NCBI RefSeq assembly: GCF_020745735.1
Contig: NC_083435.1
Coordinates: forward strand, 35,198,121 to 35,262,120
Reading direction: 5' to 3'
Origin: Hemiscyllium ocellatum
Taxonomy: Eukaryota
Length of the DNA stretch: 64,000 nucleotides
Within the stretch, counting starts at the first letter, position 1; the number at the start of each line of letters is the position of its first letter. Below, piece by piece: positions 49,545-62,300 of the stretch. Made by a program: the position numbers and the translations under genes. The notes below the pieces were generated by a model that had not been told where the DNA came from, did no database searches, and saw only the letters and a list, made by a program, of their open reading frames with translations.

Positions 49545-51650
49545 TCCAGAAATGCATTAATGTTCCGAGAATTATTGGCAGATGTTGAAATTTAAGTTCA
49601 ATAAAAATATCATGAAACCCAGTTGATTCTTGAAAAGACCCACCTTGTGGTCCTTCAGAGAAGCAGATAAGATTCCTCATGTGTGAGGAAGGGTCACTCG
49701 ACCTGAAATGTTAACTCTGATTTCTCTCCACAGGTGCCTCCAGACATGCTGAGCTTTGCCAGCAATTGCCTGATTTACAGGTCTTTTGTTTTATTTTTCA
49801 TATAAAATAAGCTATCAACTCCTGATCTGGCCCACATGGGACTCCAGACCCAGAGCAATGTAGTTGGCTCTCAACTGCAATCTGAATGGCCCAGCAAGCC
49901 ATTCAGTTGTAGCCAATCGTTACGAAGGTGGAAGCGGCAGGGTAGATGGTGCTTGACTCCCATTCAATGACGGACCGCATCCTTTTTTTCCATCATTTGT
50001 ATTTTGAATCAAATCCATTTTATCTTCTTTCTGCAGCTGTGGTGGTGGAGAGAGGTTGCAAAAACTAAGACTGAAGCAGACGTGCCGCATAGATGATCCA
50101 CCTTGGCCTCCTCCAGTGGTTCCCTGCGTTACTGTTGCCAATCTTCAGGCAATTTGATTAACTGACATCAAGAAATGATTGGAGACACTCGTTACTACAA
50201 GGTCGATGGCTCATGACAACATCCCGGCAATAATATCACGCATTACCATCCCATCAGTCTCCACTTGATCATGGGTAAAGTGATCAAAAATATCATCATC
50301 ACCAGCATGATCAAGCATCACCTACTCAGTGATGCCCAGTTTGGTTTCCAGCTGGTCCATTCAGCCCCTGATTTCATTACGATTTTGGTGCAAGCATTGA
50401 GTAAAGAGTTGAATTCCAGAGGTGAGGTGGGATTGACTGTTCTTGACATCAAGCACACAACTCATCAAGTGTGAAAGGAAGGACCTCTGGTGAAACTAGA
50501 GTCAACAGGAATCAGGGGAAATGTCCTCACTGGTTGAAATCAGACAAAGTACAAAAAAGATGTTCTTTCTTGAAATCAGAGAATCCTTACAGTTGGAAAC
50601 AGGCCATTTGCTCATCGAGTCCACACCAACTCTCCGAAGAGTTTCCCACCCAGACCACCCCATCCCTGAAACACTGCATATTCCGTGATTAATCCAACTA
50701 ACCTGCACATTCCTGAACACTATAGCCAATTTTGCATGGCAAATCCATCTAACCTCCCTATATGTACTGTGGGAGAAAACCAGAGCACCTAGAGGAAATC
50801 CTTTCAGTCACGGGATGAACGTGCAAACTCCACACAGACAATAGTCTAAGGGTTGAATTGAACCCGGGTTCTTGGTGCTGTAAGGCAGCAATGCTAACCA
50901 CTGAGCGACCACATTGTGCTAACCACTGAACCAACATTCAGCACTATTCACAGTGCCATTCTTGTTGGAGATTAACCATCTCAGCTCCAGGACATCTCTG
51001 CGGGAGTTCCTCAGGGTAGTGATCTTCAGTTGCTTCAATGATCTTCCCTCCAACATAAGGTCAGAAATGGGGATGTTCACTGATGATTGCACAATGTTCC
51101 GCACCATTCATGACTCCTCTGATCCAAAAGCAGACAAGCTAAAATGCAACAAGATCTGAACACTATCCAGGCTTGAGCTGACAAGTGCCAAGTAAAATTT
51201 GTACCACACAAATGTTAGGTAATGACCATCTCCAATAAGAAATAAAATAACCATAATTCCTTGACACTCAATGGTGTCACCAACATTGAATCTCCCATTA
51301 TTAACAATCTGTGGTTATCACTGACTTGAAACTCAATGGATTCACTATGTAAATAAAGTGGCTTCAAAAAACAGGTCAGGGGTGAGGAATACTGCAGAAC
51401 ATAATTCACCTCCTGAGTTGCCAAAGCATGTTCTCATCTAAAATACTGGAGTCAGGAGAGGGAGGCTCACCACTTGCCCGGATGGATGCATCTGCAACAG
51501 CACTCAAGTAGCTTGACATGTCTCAGTACAAAACAGCCCACTTAATGGGCAACACATCCAGAATCATTCGCTCCTTCCACCACTGACATTCAGTCTGCAC
51601 TGCTGCTGTTACCTACAAGATGCACTGTGGAAATTCACCAAAGCTCTTTG
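49545..51650 (+). mobile_element. Fragmented L2/CR1-group LINE (same tRNA-headed family) interrupted by an HE1 SINE (~50576-50915, minus) and a PLE remnant (~49680-49790)
   Basis: LLSDAQFGFQLVHSAPDF..ELNSRGEV and SEMGMFTDDCTMF. The SINE-like head is seen at ~49545-49900. Confidence 0.7.
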
Positions 51651-51793
51651 ATAAAGTGCGGAGTATACATCGGGTTAATGATAGGTGTCTTTTCTACAGG
51701 GTAGGGGATTTCAATCCAAAGGAGAGCATTATTACGGTGAACAGAAAGAGTTTCAAAAAATATATGAGGGGCAATTTCCTTACACAGAGGGTG

Positions 51794-52319
51794 TTTGTAA
51801 GTTCCCTCACTGAGCTGGTAGGTCTGTTCTCAGACATTTCGTCACCATGCTGGGCAACATCATCAGTGGGCCTTCGGTGAGCACTGGTGTTCTGTCCCTC
51901 TTTCTATTTATGTGCTTTCCCCTGTTAAAGGTGGGGGAATATCATTTCTGATTCTTTTTTCTCAGAGGTTGGTAAATGGAGTCCCCATTGATGTGTTTCT
52001 TCATGCAGTTTGAATGCCAGATCTCTAGGAATTCTTGTGCGTGTCTCGGTTTAGCCTGCGCTAGGATGCAAGTGTTGTCCTAGTCGAAGTGCTGGGACCA
52101 TATTTACCTACCTCTGAGAAGAACCGGAAATGATATCAGCCCCTTTAACAGATCAGGAGACATAAACAGAAAATGGGACAGAACACCAGCGCTTCAGCAG
52201 AGGCTCACTGATGACGTTACCTAGCATGGTGACAAAATGTCTGAGAACAAACCTTCCGGCTCAACGAGCAAACTTACAACCTCAACTTCAACCTGAGCTA
52301 TAAATCTTCTCAAAAATCG
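51794..52319. mobile_element. Short Poseidon-type PLE-3 with inverted arms, inserted in a CR1 3' end
   Basis: TSD CACAGAGGGTG at 51783-51793 and 52320-52330. Decayed hammerheads on both arms (ctcactgatgacgttacc..ggtgacaaaatgtctgag). Confidence 0.8.
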
Positions 52320-52888
52320 CACAGAGGGTGGTCCGTGTGCAGTAACTTCCAAAGGAAGTGGTGGAAGTGGGACATAGTTATAATGTTGAAAAGACACTTC
52401 AGTAAGAACATGAAAAGGAAAGATTTGGAAGGATAAGAGCCAGGATTATCAACCGCTTCTATCCAGAAGGACTCCATTTACATCGAATCACCACATCTGC
52501 AAATTCCCCTCCAAGCCGCTCACCATCCTGACTTAGAAATATATCTCTGTTTCTTCACTGTCACCAGTAGTACCCTTTCTAAGGGCTTTTTGCCTCAACC
52601 TCGAACAAATGGACTGCAGCAGTTCAAGAACACAGCTTACCACCACCTTCTTGATGGCAAAAAGGCACAGGCAATAAATGCTGCCCAGCCAGTGATGCAC
52701 ACATGGCAGAAGTAATTTTTTTTTAAAAAAGGGAAAGGTCAAAGAAAATCAAGCTGGATGCAGAAAGGGAAAGGGAAGGAAAGATCAAACAGACAGCAGA
52801 ATAGTTCAACACTCCCGGTGCACACTATAATCTAACATGAATATCATGTCTGAACCTCACTGCAATGACTTTAAATGGATAAACTCAC

Positions 52889-53149
52889 GTGATGTTTGAT
52901 TTTCTTTCTGGAGCCAACCATCAGCCTGTCCCTTGATTAGTCCATGGAACCCAACTACAGTGACAGTGCACTCATCCCAGTAACCCTTGTCGAATGCATC
53001 CACCAACCATTGCTGCCTTGGAATGGTTTTTTTCATATTGCTGTCAAAATAGAATACCTCGCAGTCATCCAAAATTCCCAGGACACTGTACTCCGGTAGG
53101 TCTTTGTCCCCATGATTGAGATTGTACTGATAGAGCAGAGAGTGAGACT
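52889..53149 (-). CDS. MHC class I-like alpha1 exon
   Basis: ctttcttccag|AG TCT...TCA C|gtgagt. 261 nt. ESHSLLYQY..ILDDCEVFYFDS..PRQQW..GYWD..ENQTS. Confidence 0.93.
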
Positions 53150-53689
53150 CTGGAAGAAAGCAAAAAGAAGAACCGCAAAATTAACGAATCAAACACTAGC
53201 ATTATCATCAAACTACAACAAAATCAAGAACTGTGGATGCTGGAGATCTGAAACTAAAGAAGAAACTGCTGCAGGTCTGGCAGCAGCTGGAGAGAGAAAA
53301 CAGAGTTAATGATTCAAGAATTGATTCTTCAGAATTGATTACAGCTTACTGAAAGGTTTGAAATGTTAATCAATTTATGACACATTACACAGAAAGTAAA
53401 AGTCCTTCAATAAACACAAACAGAAAAAGCCTGAGAAACACATTTGTTGAGAAGAATGTGTCTATGTTCAAGAAATTTGTTCCAACAATCATATTTTATG
53501 ATAATGTGTGGTGTTGCATGGAACTCCAGGAATTTGATTTGGTGACAATGAAGGAATGGTGACATAGGTTGCATGGTGTGTGGGGTGGACAGAAACATGC
53601 AGGCAATGATGCTTTCATGTATCTGCTGCCTTCAGCCTTCCAGACTGGAGAGTCAAGGTTTGAGTTTTGAAGATCCTATCAAGGGAGAG

Positions 53690-54100
53690 TTATAGAGTCA
53701 TAGAGTCATAGAGTCATACAGCATGGAAACAGACTCTTCAGTCCAATCAGTCCTTGCCAAATATAATCACAAACTAAACTAGCCCCACCTACCTGCTCCT
53801 GGCCTGTAACCCTTCTGGGTAGAGGTAGTTGATGCTCCTGACCCGTATCCCTCCTATTCATGTTCTTGTCTAAATATATTTTAAACATTGTAACTTTGCC
53901 TGCATCCACCACTTCCTCTGGAAGTTCATTCCACACATGAACCACCTTTTTTTGCAAAACGTTTGCCCCTCATGTCTTTTGTTAATCTCTCTCTTCTCAC
54001 CTTAAAAATGTACCCTGTGAAATCTTGAATCTTGAAGTCCCCACCAACCTAGTGAAAAGAGAGGCACCATTAACCCTATCTATACCCCGCATGATTTTCT
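53690..54100 (-). mobile_element. CR1 3' end
   Basis: (gagtcata)n tail; ORF KVVHVWNELPEEVVDAG. Confidence 0.75.
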
Positions 54101-55468
54101 AAGTACAAACACTGATACGTTTCAGATTCTCTGCACTGTCATAGCACACCTCTGACTCTGATCCACTGACAAGGCTTGTGCACTGCCATGCTGTACATTG
54201 GGTCACACCTACAACTGCAGCTGCAGGGATACCATGGACATTTGGACTAACACCCAGCTCTGCATTAGACCAGGCTGCATCTCAGGGCTGCTTGCATACT
54301 CTCTTTAAGCTCACTCACTTAGCAGCTCCCTGAATGTTCACACCATCACCGCAGTGCTTTGCCTATGGCATTCTTCTTCATCAACAGCACAATATATGCT
54401 CAGTACCTTTGCTGCAACTTGCCTTTTAGCACACTCATCAAGCCAGAAAGTTTGTCACGCTTATCAGAAGTCATCAGTCTCTTGTTGCTGCTCATTATGA
54501 TAACATGTCAATAACAAACCTGCCACATATGACAGCGTGTATGCAGCGAAATCAGGCTGCAAGTAAATGGCAAGACCTCAAAAGTTGAAAGGAAGCCATC
54601 CTTCGTCACGTCAACAGGAGCCACTCTTCATTACAAGTCCAGGAACTTGGACATGGTCAGTCAGTAAGTGTGTGGAAGCTCACAAATCATCACCATAACA
54701 CTGCACACAATCAAATTCTGGGTCTCCAGTTTAACACAAACGTCATCTTTAATCTTTGCTTCAATATCAGTTGCTTGCATTCAGGGAAATAATCAGTGTG
54801 GTGACTTTGGGAGTTAAGCAAACATTCCAGGTTGTTCTGATGAGAATTTTGGTGAATCATTTAGCTGTGTATGCATTCAGATAGGCACACACTGAACTGG
54901 AGAAAAACTTTGCTCTGGAAACTGCACTTGTCATTATCACTGGGGGCCACCCACAGACTTAGGAAAATCCCGAAAAGTCAGTTCTGCTTTTCCACAGGAA
55001 GTTGCTCAAAAGCAGATCTGACCGAGGTCATGAAAGGTCTGAAAAGAGTAGATGAGGATTATCTGTTCCTGCTCGTAAAAGGCACAAGACGAGGGTGAAG
55101 GTCAGAGTGACTTGCAAACTTGATCAATACGTGATGAGAAGGAAAATGATTGTTCACCGAAAAAGTGCTTTAGGTCTCAAATGCACTGCCTGGAAGTGTG
55201 AGGCAACTGAGGCATTCAACAAAGCATTAGTGATTTAAATGAAAATGATAGAAAATAAATGGGAGCCTGGCAATCAAATCTCGATGTTCATTCAAGGGTG
55301 TTAATGCAGATAGGATGGACTAAATTGCCTTTTTCTGCATTGTCACAATTCTATGAACTTTTGGAGACAAGTTAGACACAAATGGAGTAAGTTGTGCATC
55401 CAGTTCCTTATTTCCTTTCTGTTGCTTTAGTTAGCAACAAAAAAAATGCCACTTCACGCACAATGAAA

Positions 55469-55786
55469 GTGGTGGAGATGGTGTAATAGTCATGTCACTG
55501 GAATAGTATTATCCAGTACCCCAGGCCATTGCTCTGAGGACGTGTTTGAATTTCACCATGGGAGACGATGAAATTTGAATTCAATAAATTTTTTGTCAAT
55601 TGTTGTAAAAGCCCAGCTAATTCATTAATACGCTTGAGGGAGGGAAATCTGCTGTCCTTACCAACATGTGGTACAAGACCTACAGCAATGTAGCTGACTC
55701 TTAGCTACACGTTGGGCAATTACGAATGAGCAATAAATACTGGGACCAGCCAGTGATACACACATCCTGTGAACAAATACTAAAAA
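55469..55786 (+). mobile_element. tRNA-headed SINE sharing its head with the 41002 LINE and its tail with the LINE 3' end
   Basis: A/B-box-like tggtgtaatag and gtttgaatttc. gaaatttgaattcaat is shared with 41074-41089. Tail gcaataaatactgggaccagccagtgatacacacatcc. Confidence 0.7.
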
Positions 55787-56399
55787 CATGTGAATGCTCT
55801 TGAAAGTTGACCTGTGCTAAATATGTAATAGAAATCTGCATGTTACTGAAGCAACTGACATCTTCTGAAGATTAAATAAACATCCGTGCTTAAAGCATGA
55901 ATACAAATCCAATGACAACCCACCTTCATATTCTAAAGAAATGTCAGAGGTAGCACAACCCTCAAGTAGTATTAATTCTTCAAATTGTACGAAACACTGT
56001 GTGAGTTAGGAAGAGGAGAAGGAACACTGCAGCCTTTAGCTCTAAGAAACTCAAATCATGACAATTATTACTTGCCCAAAAAAGTCTTCCAAACCCACAA
56101 CCACAATAATTTGGAAGGACAAGGGCAGCACATACAAGGGAGTGCCCTCAGCTGCAATTTCGAAGCCACTCACCATCCTGACTTGAAAATATATCATTCA
56201 TTCAATGTGGCTGAGGCAAGAACCTGGAACTTCCTCTATTAAAACAACCAACAGCACTAGGACTGCAGCAGTACAAGAAGGTAGTTCAGCATTCGTAGTG
56301 TTTCTCACAAAGCCAGATGGACATTATAGAATGTGAGTTCCCTATCTGGGGTTGTTAACCTGGTCTAATCAGGGAATCCTGAATAAACAGGGAAAAATA

Positions 56400-58520
56400 A
56401 ACAAATAAACAGGGGATTCAGAGGTCTTCTCAATTTAGGGGACTGACCCTGTGCTGGATGGTGTTACAGTCAGTGTGTTACTGTTGGTTTCTGCTTCCCT
56501 TTTTTCTGGAGGGGGAAACCTGATTCCTGAACTGTCTGAATTATTTCGCCAGTTTGTTAACTGGCATTCCTTTTCGTGAGGACTGATTGTTAAACTCCTG
56601 ATGCACAGAATGTTTCAGGTGTCTCAGCTCTCATTAGGAGATTGTTGTTTCACTGGCTGGTTACAACCGGTTATGTTTTTCTTTTGTCCTTTTCTGAAAA
56701 GTAAAAAAAAAGTAGATTTTTGTGGTAGAGCTTAGCCCTTGGATTCTAGTTTTCTTTGTATTGTTGTTGGTGTTTGGACTGAGCCCTTGTGGAAGACATA
56801 CATTTTACCAGAGGAGCTGTTTCTGTGGGGAGGCCTGGGACTGGGCCTCTGAAGATTGAACACCTCTGTGTGTGCTGGGAGGTGAGCACTTGCAGTATCC
56901 TGGAGTTTTGGAGAAGACCTTGCCTTCAGGTGTGGACCAAGACCCCTGGGAGTTAACTGCACCTTTTTATAAAATATACTGTGTTCCTGGGAGTGGGCCT
57001 AGCTCTCTCAAGGATGTGCCAGGACTCCATGGAGACTGAGCCCCTGTGTGCTGTGGGGTGTGCAATTGCTGCCTTTGGGAGTGGACACTGCACTTGGTTG
57101 TGGACCCTGTTTTCAGTGGTGAACTCTGCAGTTGGAGTGGACTCCACTTCTGACCACGCACATCATAAACAGGAGTGGACTCTGTTCCTGAGAATGGACT
57201 CTATATTTTTTGAAGACTTTATATTTGGACTCTGTGTGTACCAGAATGCATTGTGTGTTCACAATTAACTCTCTCGTATTGTTTGTTGGGTCTATCACCT
57301 GCACTATCTTGTGTGTCCCTGGGTCTGGCAGGCCTTACTGTGAGCTGGGAGGCTCATGGGTCGTCCTGAAAGCTGTTACCCCGAGAGCTGCAGGGTGGAT
57401 AGGCCATCCTGTGAACCTGAAGGTTGGTAGGCTGTCCCGAAAGCCAGATGGTGAGTAGGCTGTTCTGAGTGCTGTCCTCCTGATAAGGGGTAATCGGGAT
57501 GGGCTGTCCTGGAGGTGGTCAAAAGGTGTGTTGGAGCAGCCAAGAGCCAGAAGGCGCGTAGGGGCAGGCTGAGATCCGGAAGGCTTGTGGGCTGCCCTGC
57601 ACGCTGTCGTCCCAGGGAAGGGGACGGGCTGCCCTAGAGGTGGCCGGAAGGTGTGTCAGGGTAGTCCACTGGCCGGACGGTGCATCGGGATGGGTGAGAG
57701 CCCAGTGGTACTTAGGGCAGACTGAGAGCCAGAAGGCGGGTAGCCGTCCTGACCGCTGTCATCCTGGGCGGGCTGTCCTAGAGATGGTCAAAAAGTGTGT
57801 CAGGGTCGACCGAGAGCCGGAAGGTGGGAGGGACGGGAGCTTGCTGGGTCTGTATTGTATGCACGGTTTTTATGTAACTGGATTGGCTTTTTATGTACAA
57901 ATGTCATTGTTGCTGTCTTGTCATGTTTGAAACCAGGGTTTGGGGTTGGTTCTCATCTTCTAGTAAACTGGTTGAACGGTAGGATTTGGGGCCTGGTTTT
58001 GCCGATCCTCTCCCTTGTAAAATTGCTGTCTCTTGTATACAGCTGTAAATGTTAACTTTTTTTTGTAAACTTTTATAATTTTGTGATAAAAGTTTTAAAA
58101 ATGTGTCACATGGGGCAAACAGAGAGCTGTAAGGGGATAGGGGCGGACTGTCTTGGCTATGTTAGCTATGTTGCAAGGGGTGTCTGTTATATGCAGTTTT
58201 ATTGTTCAGTTTATCAGGCTGTCTGCATGTGATTGAGTTTACTGTTATCATCTTGATAGTGCAAGGTAGGATTCGAGGTCTGGCCTCATTTCACTGTAAT
58301 CTGGTTGTTGAGTGGGGTTTGGGGTCTGGTCTTGACATCCCTTTCCCCTGTAAATTGCTGCTTCTTGTATACGGCTGTTTATGTGAATTGTTAGTTTGCT
58401 TGTAACTTGTACTAGTTAATACAGTAACAAAAGGGTCAGGGGCTCTGGCCACTGTAGGAGCTGCCTCGGTGCTGGGTGCGTTGATGTCATGTACTGTGCA
58501 CATGTAAACCAAGGGTGATT
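56400..58520. repeat. Unclassified interspersed repeat-like segment with an internal GC-rich degenerate tandem array
   Basis: T/G-rich composition, internal duplications at ~57935-58035 and ~58315-58385, and a tandem array at 57340-57850. Class not recognised. Confidence 0.35.
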
Positions 58521-60123
58521 CAGTACTAGCATCTGCGGAGATATATCACCTTCTCAAAGGCAACGGGGGGGGGGGGGGCGCATCAAAATAAAATGCTAAC
58601 CCAATGCCTACATGCAATGAATAAATGAAATAAAAATTTACCGCTATCTAACCACTCACTCTCGCATTTACAGTTTCATAGTTAACTTTAGAGGAAAGCA
58701 ACAAGTCCCACAAAGCAATAACCACACTGAAAAAGAATGCATTTGACTCTCTTTAACTTTTTCTATGCATTATGTTGTAAACCTCATTAGTAATCATTGT
58801 AAATGGGTGCAAATGTGCTGTTTGTGAGCAATCATTCTGCTGTAAAAAGTGGTTGAGACGACAGAATTGTATCTCTCACGGAACTGAGGCGTCATATTGA
58901 AAAGCTTGGGAAACAAGATGCATAAAGCTTTCTCCCCCAAACAACCCACTGTCTTGGACAGAACTGAAAGAAGGGATGACTTTATTTTGAAAGGAGAACA
59001 GGTGCACTCGGAGGACACTGGTTCTTGAACAGAGAATGGAAAGAGGCGCATTTCAATAGGATTATGGGGCCAATCACTTCGAGCGGGAAGACACAGCATA
59101 ATTTGACCATCCTCAGCTCCTCAACTCCATTCTCAATCCTGGTCCAGGGGAGGCCAGAGTCACAGATTTTCTTTGCTCTAAAAACAAACCACCCCAAAAC
59201 GTAAAACTGAACAGTCAACCTTCCAGTGTGATCACGCTGGTGACAATGAAACACTGCAGTTAAAGGGAGCACATGCTTAAATCAACCACTGCCTTTCCTG
59301 CAACAGATTTAAAATCATTTTCAAACAGTTCAGAGGCAATAAAATCTTGAGGGATATAAATAAGGTGAATGACATATCTTTTCTCTAGGGTAGGAGATTT
59401 CAAAACTTGGGGGCATATTTTTGAGGTGAAAGTTGCAAAAAATTATTATTATACACAGTAATTGCTGCGTGGAATGAACTTCCAGAGGAAGTGATGGATT
59501 TGGGTACAGTTCCAACTGTTAAAAGAGATTTAGGTAAATACATGAATAAGAAACATTGGAGGGACATGGGTCAAGCCCATGTAGGTGGGGCGACTTTAGT
59601 TTGGGAACAAAAGGTCCACACTGTGTCTCTATAACTCTTAGTAACGTATACTTGCAGACATTTTAAATGAATTATTGGGAGGTGCGTGGTAGCGAGAGAA
59701 CGGTCATGCTCGTTAGGCTACCGTGCGTCGTGAAAGGTGCTACATAAATGCAAGTCATCCTCTCTTTCATGTGAGCGGAGCATCAACAGGTCAGGAGGGC
59801 ACCTTGCTTTCACAGCTAACGTTTAAGAAACTCCTTGACTCGCTCTTGATTTTTTGTGACCTTGAGTAATGTCGGCAGGACGTCTGCTTTGGGCAATCGA
59901 GAGCTGAGACAAAACGGACGTCCAGTGACAACAAAAGAAAACAAACAAAGCCACAAATATTGTCTGTGTGCAAAACACAGGATAGGTTTCACCGCTTTAC
60001 AAAGGCGCCAAACTCCATCCCTTTTTTTAATAAAACAACTTCAGAAACCTCTCTGCCTGTTGCAGTCTCGGGTCAGAAGCGGCGAGCGCACAGCAACTTG
60101 GAAACACATGAGGGAATACTCAC

Positions 60124-60196
60124 CGGTCAGGGATGGCTGCACACGGAAGACATTCAGGAAAAGTAGCAGCAACACGCCTTGAGGTCCTCCTGTCAT
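60124..60196 (-). CDS. MHC class I-like leader (signal peptide) exon
   Basis: ATG at 60196, MTGGPQGVLLLLFLNVFRVQPSLT, then G|gtgagt. 73 nt, phase 1, joins alpha1 as E-S-H-S. Confidence 0.85.
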
Positions 60197-60302
60197 TTTT
60201 CACAAAAACTTCCTACCTGCTGCTGGTGAACACAAATGAGGAGGGGTGAGGATAAGAAGAAAATATGAGCTGAGTTTTACACACACCTATCAAGCACAAC
60301 TT

Positions 60303-60307
60303 CCAAT
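60303..60307 (-). promoter_or_regulatory. Possible inverted CCAAT (Y-box-like) element ~110 nt upstream of the class I ATG
   Basis: ATTGG on the coding strand, with GGAAGT ETS-like words nearby. Short motifs of uncertain significance. Confidence 0.3.
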
Positions 60308-60315
60308 TGCAATAA

Positions 60316-60945
60316 AGGGGGGAGGAGGAGAGAGGAAATGGGGATGGAGAGACTAGAGGGGAGGGGACAGTAGAGGGGCGATGGTGGCAGTAGAGGGTAA
60401 GTGGGGGAGTAGAAGGGAAGGAGGAAAGTAGAGAAGTGAGGGGCGCGAGGGGATAGTAGAGGGTGTTAGAGTAGAGCGGAGGTTAGAAGAAAGAGTAGAG
60501 GGGAAAGTAGAGTAGAGAGGTGAGGTTAGAGAAGAGGGGAAGAGGATGTATTGGGGGAAAGAAGGAGGGTGTGAAGAGGGCAGGGACATGGAGAGTGAGT
60601 AGAGGGGAGGGACTAGAGTCAGGGAGAGGGGAAGGGGACAGTGAAGGGCAGACGGTGGGGTGGTCCGAGAGGGTGAAGGAGGTGTGAAGGGAGGGAGGGG
60701 TAGAGGGAAGGGGGGTAAGGGCCGAGAGTATGGCTGTAGAGAGTTGAGGGGAGGGAGGTTGGAGAGGTTGGGTGATTTGGGAGGGGAGGGGAGCGCGTAG
60801 GGGTGGAGGGGAGGCAAAATGAGAAGATGGCTGCGGGGAGGAGAAGCAGGGACAGATGGGGTGGGGAGGAGAGGTGGGAGGGTGATGGAGAGTGAGTTGG
60901 GAGAGGGGGGGAGAGGGTAGAGGGTGGAAGAGAGGAGAGGTCTAT
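60316..60945. repeat. Polypurine/polypyrimidine low-complexity tract
   Basis: Plus strand is almost entirely G/A, with many GGG runs. Confidence 0.9.
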
Positions 60946-62300
60946 TCACCCTATCCACACCCATCAAGATTTTATGAGTTACTAAGTCCTTACTGAGCCT
61001 CCAACACTCCAGAAAAACTAGTCCCAACCTATTCAGTGTCTCCCTACAGTTCAAACCTTCCAAACCTGGCAACACACTTGGAAACCTTTTCTGAATCCTT
61101 TCCAGTTTCTCAAAATCCTTTCTATAGCAGGGAGACCAGAATTGCACACTTTATTTCAAAAGTGACCTAATGGGGCAGCACGGTGGCACAGTGGTTAGCA
61201 CCAGCGCCAGGGACCCGGGTTCAATTCCCGCCTCAGGCAACTGTCTGTGTGGATGCAGTGTTTGCGTGAATTGGCCATGCTAAGTTGCCCATAGTGTTAG
61301 GTGTAGGGGAATGGGTCTGGGTGGGTTGCTCTTTGGAGAGTCGGTGTGGACTTGTTGTGCCAAAAGGCCTGTTTCCACACTAATCTAATCGATGTCCTGT
61401 ACAGCCGCAACATAATCTTCCAACTCCTATTCACAATGCTCTGATCAATAAAAACAAGCATACCAAAGGCTTCTTCAATATCCTACGTACCTGTAACACC
61501 ACTTTCACAGAAATATGAACTTGCACTCCAAGGTCTCTTTGTTCAGCAACACTCCATAGGACCTTACCATTAAGTGTATAAGTCCTGCTGAGATTTGCTT
61601 TCCCAAAATGCAGCACCTTGCATTTATCTGAATTAAACACCATCTGCCACCTCTCAGCTTGTCAGTCCATCTGATCAAAATCCTGTTGTAATCTGAGGTA
61701 ACCTGCTTCACTGTCCAGTACACCTCCAATTTTGGTATCAGCTGCGAACTTACTAACTATACCTCCTATGTTTGTATCCGAATCATTTATATAAATGATG
61801 AAAAGCAGTGGATGCTGCACCAATCCTTGTGTCAGACCACTGGTCACAGGCCTCTCAAACAACACTCCAGCAATGCTCTCTATCTTCTACCTTCGAGCCA
61901 ATTCTGTATTGAAATGGTTAATTCTGCCTATGTTCCATGTGATCTAATCTTGTTAACCAGTCTACCACAAGGAATCTTGTCGAGTGCCTTACTAAATGCC
62001 ATATAGAACATGTCCACTGTTCTTCCCTCATCAATCCTCTTCATTACTTCTTCAAAAAAACTCAGTCAAGTTAGGGAGACATGGTTTTCCATCACAAAGC
62101 CATGTTGACTAACTCTGATCGGTCCTTGCCTTTCCAAGTACATTTAAATCCTGTCCCTCAGGATTTTCGCCCAAGAAAACTTGCACACCACCAATGTCAG
62201 GTTCACTCCTATATAGTTCCTTGGCTTTTCCTTACCACCTTCCTTAAATAGTGTCACACATTAGCCGACCTCCAGTCTTCCGTCACCTCACCTGCAGCTG
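60945..62300 (-). mobile_element. CR1 LINE (RT to 3' region)
   Basis: MQFWSPCYRKDFEKLERIQKRF, SDKCKVLHFGKAN and SKFAADTKIGG. Confidence 0.85.
61172..61390 (+). mobile_element. HE1-type SINE inserted in the CR1
   Basis: ggggcagcacggtggcacagtggttagc..gggttcaattccc..taatctaatc. Confidence 0.9.

Noticed and set aside
59791-59973. Hydrophobic 60-aa ORF as the class I signal peptide
   Set aside because: It has no in-phase consensus donor and overlaps a SINE-like tail region. The exon at 60124-60196 has an ATG, a hydrophobic core and a gtgagt donor in the right phase.
60353-61147. 264-aa Pro/Leu/Ser-rich ORF as a novel protein
   Set aside because: It is a chance fusion of CR1 ORF2 residue with translation of the polypyrimidine low-complexity strand.
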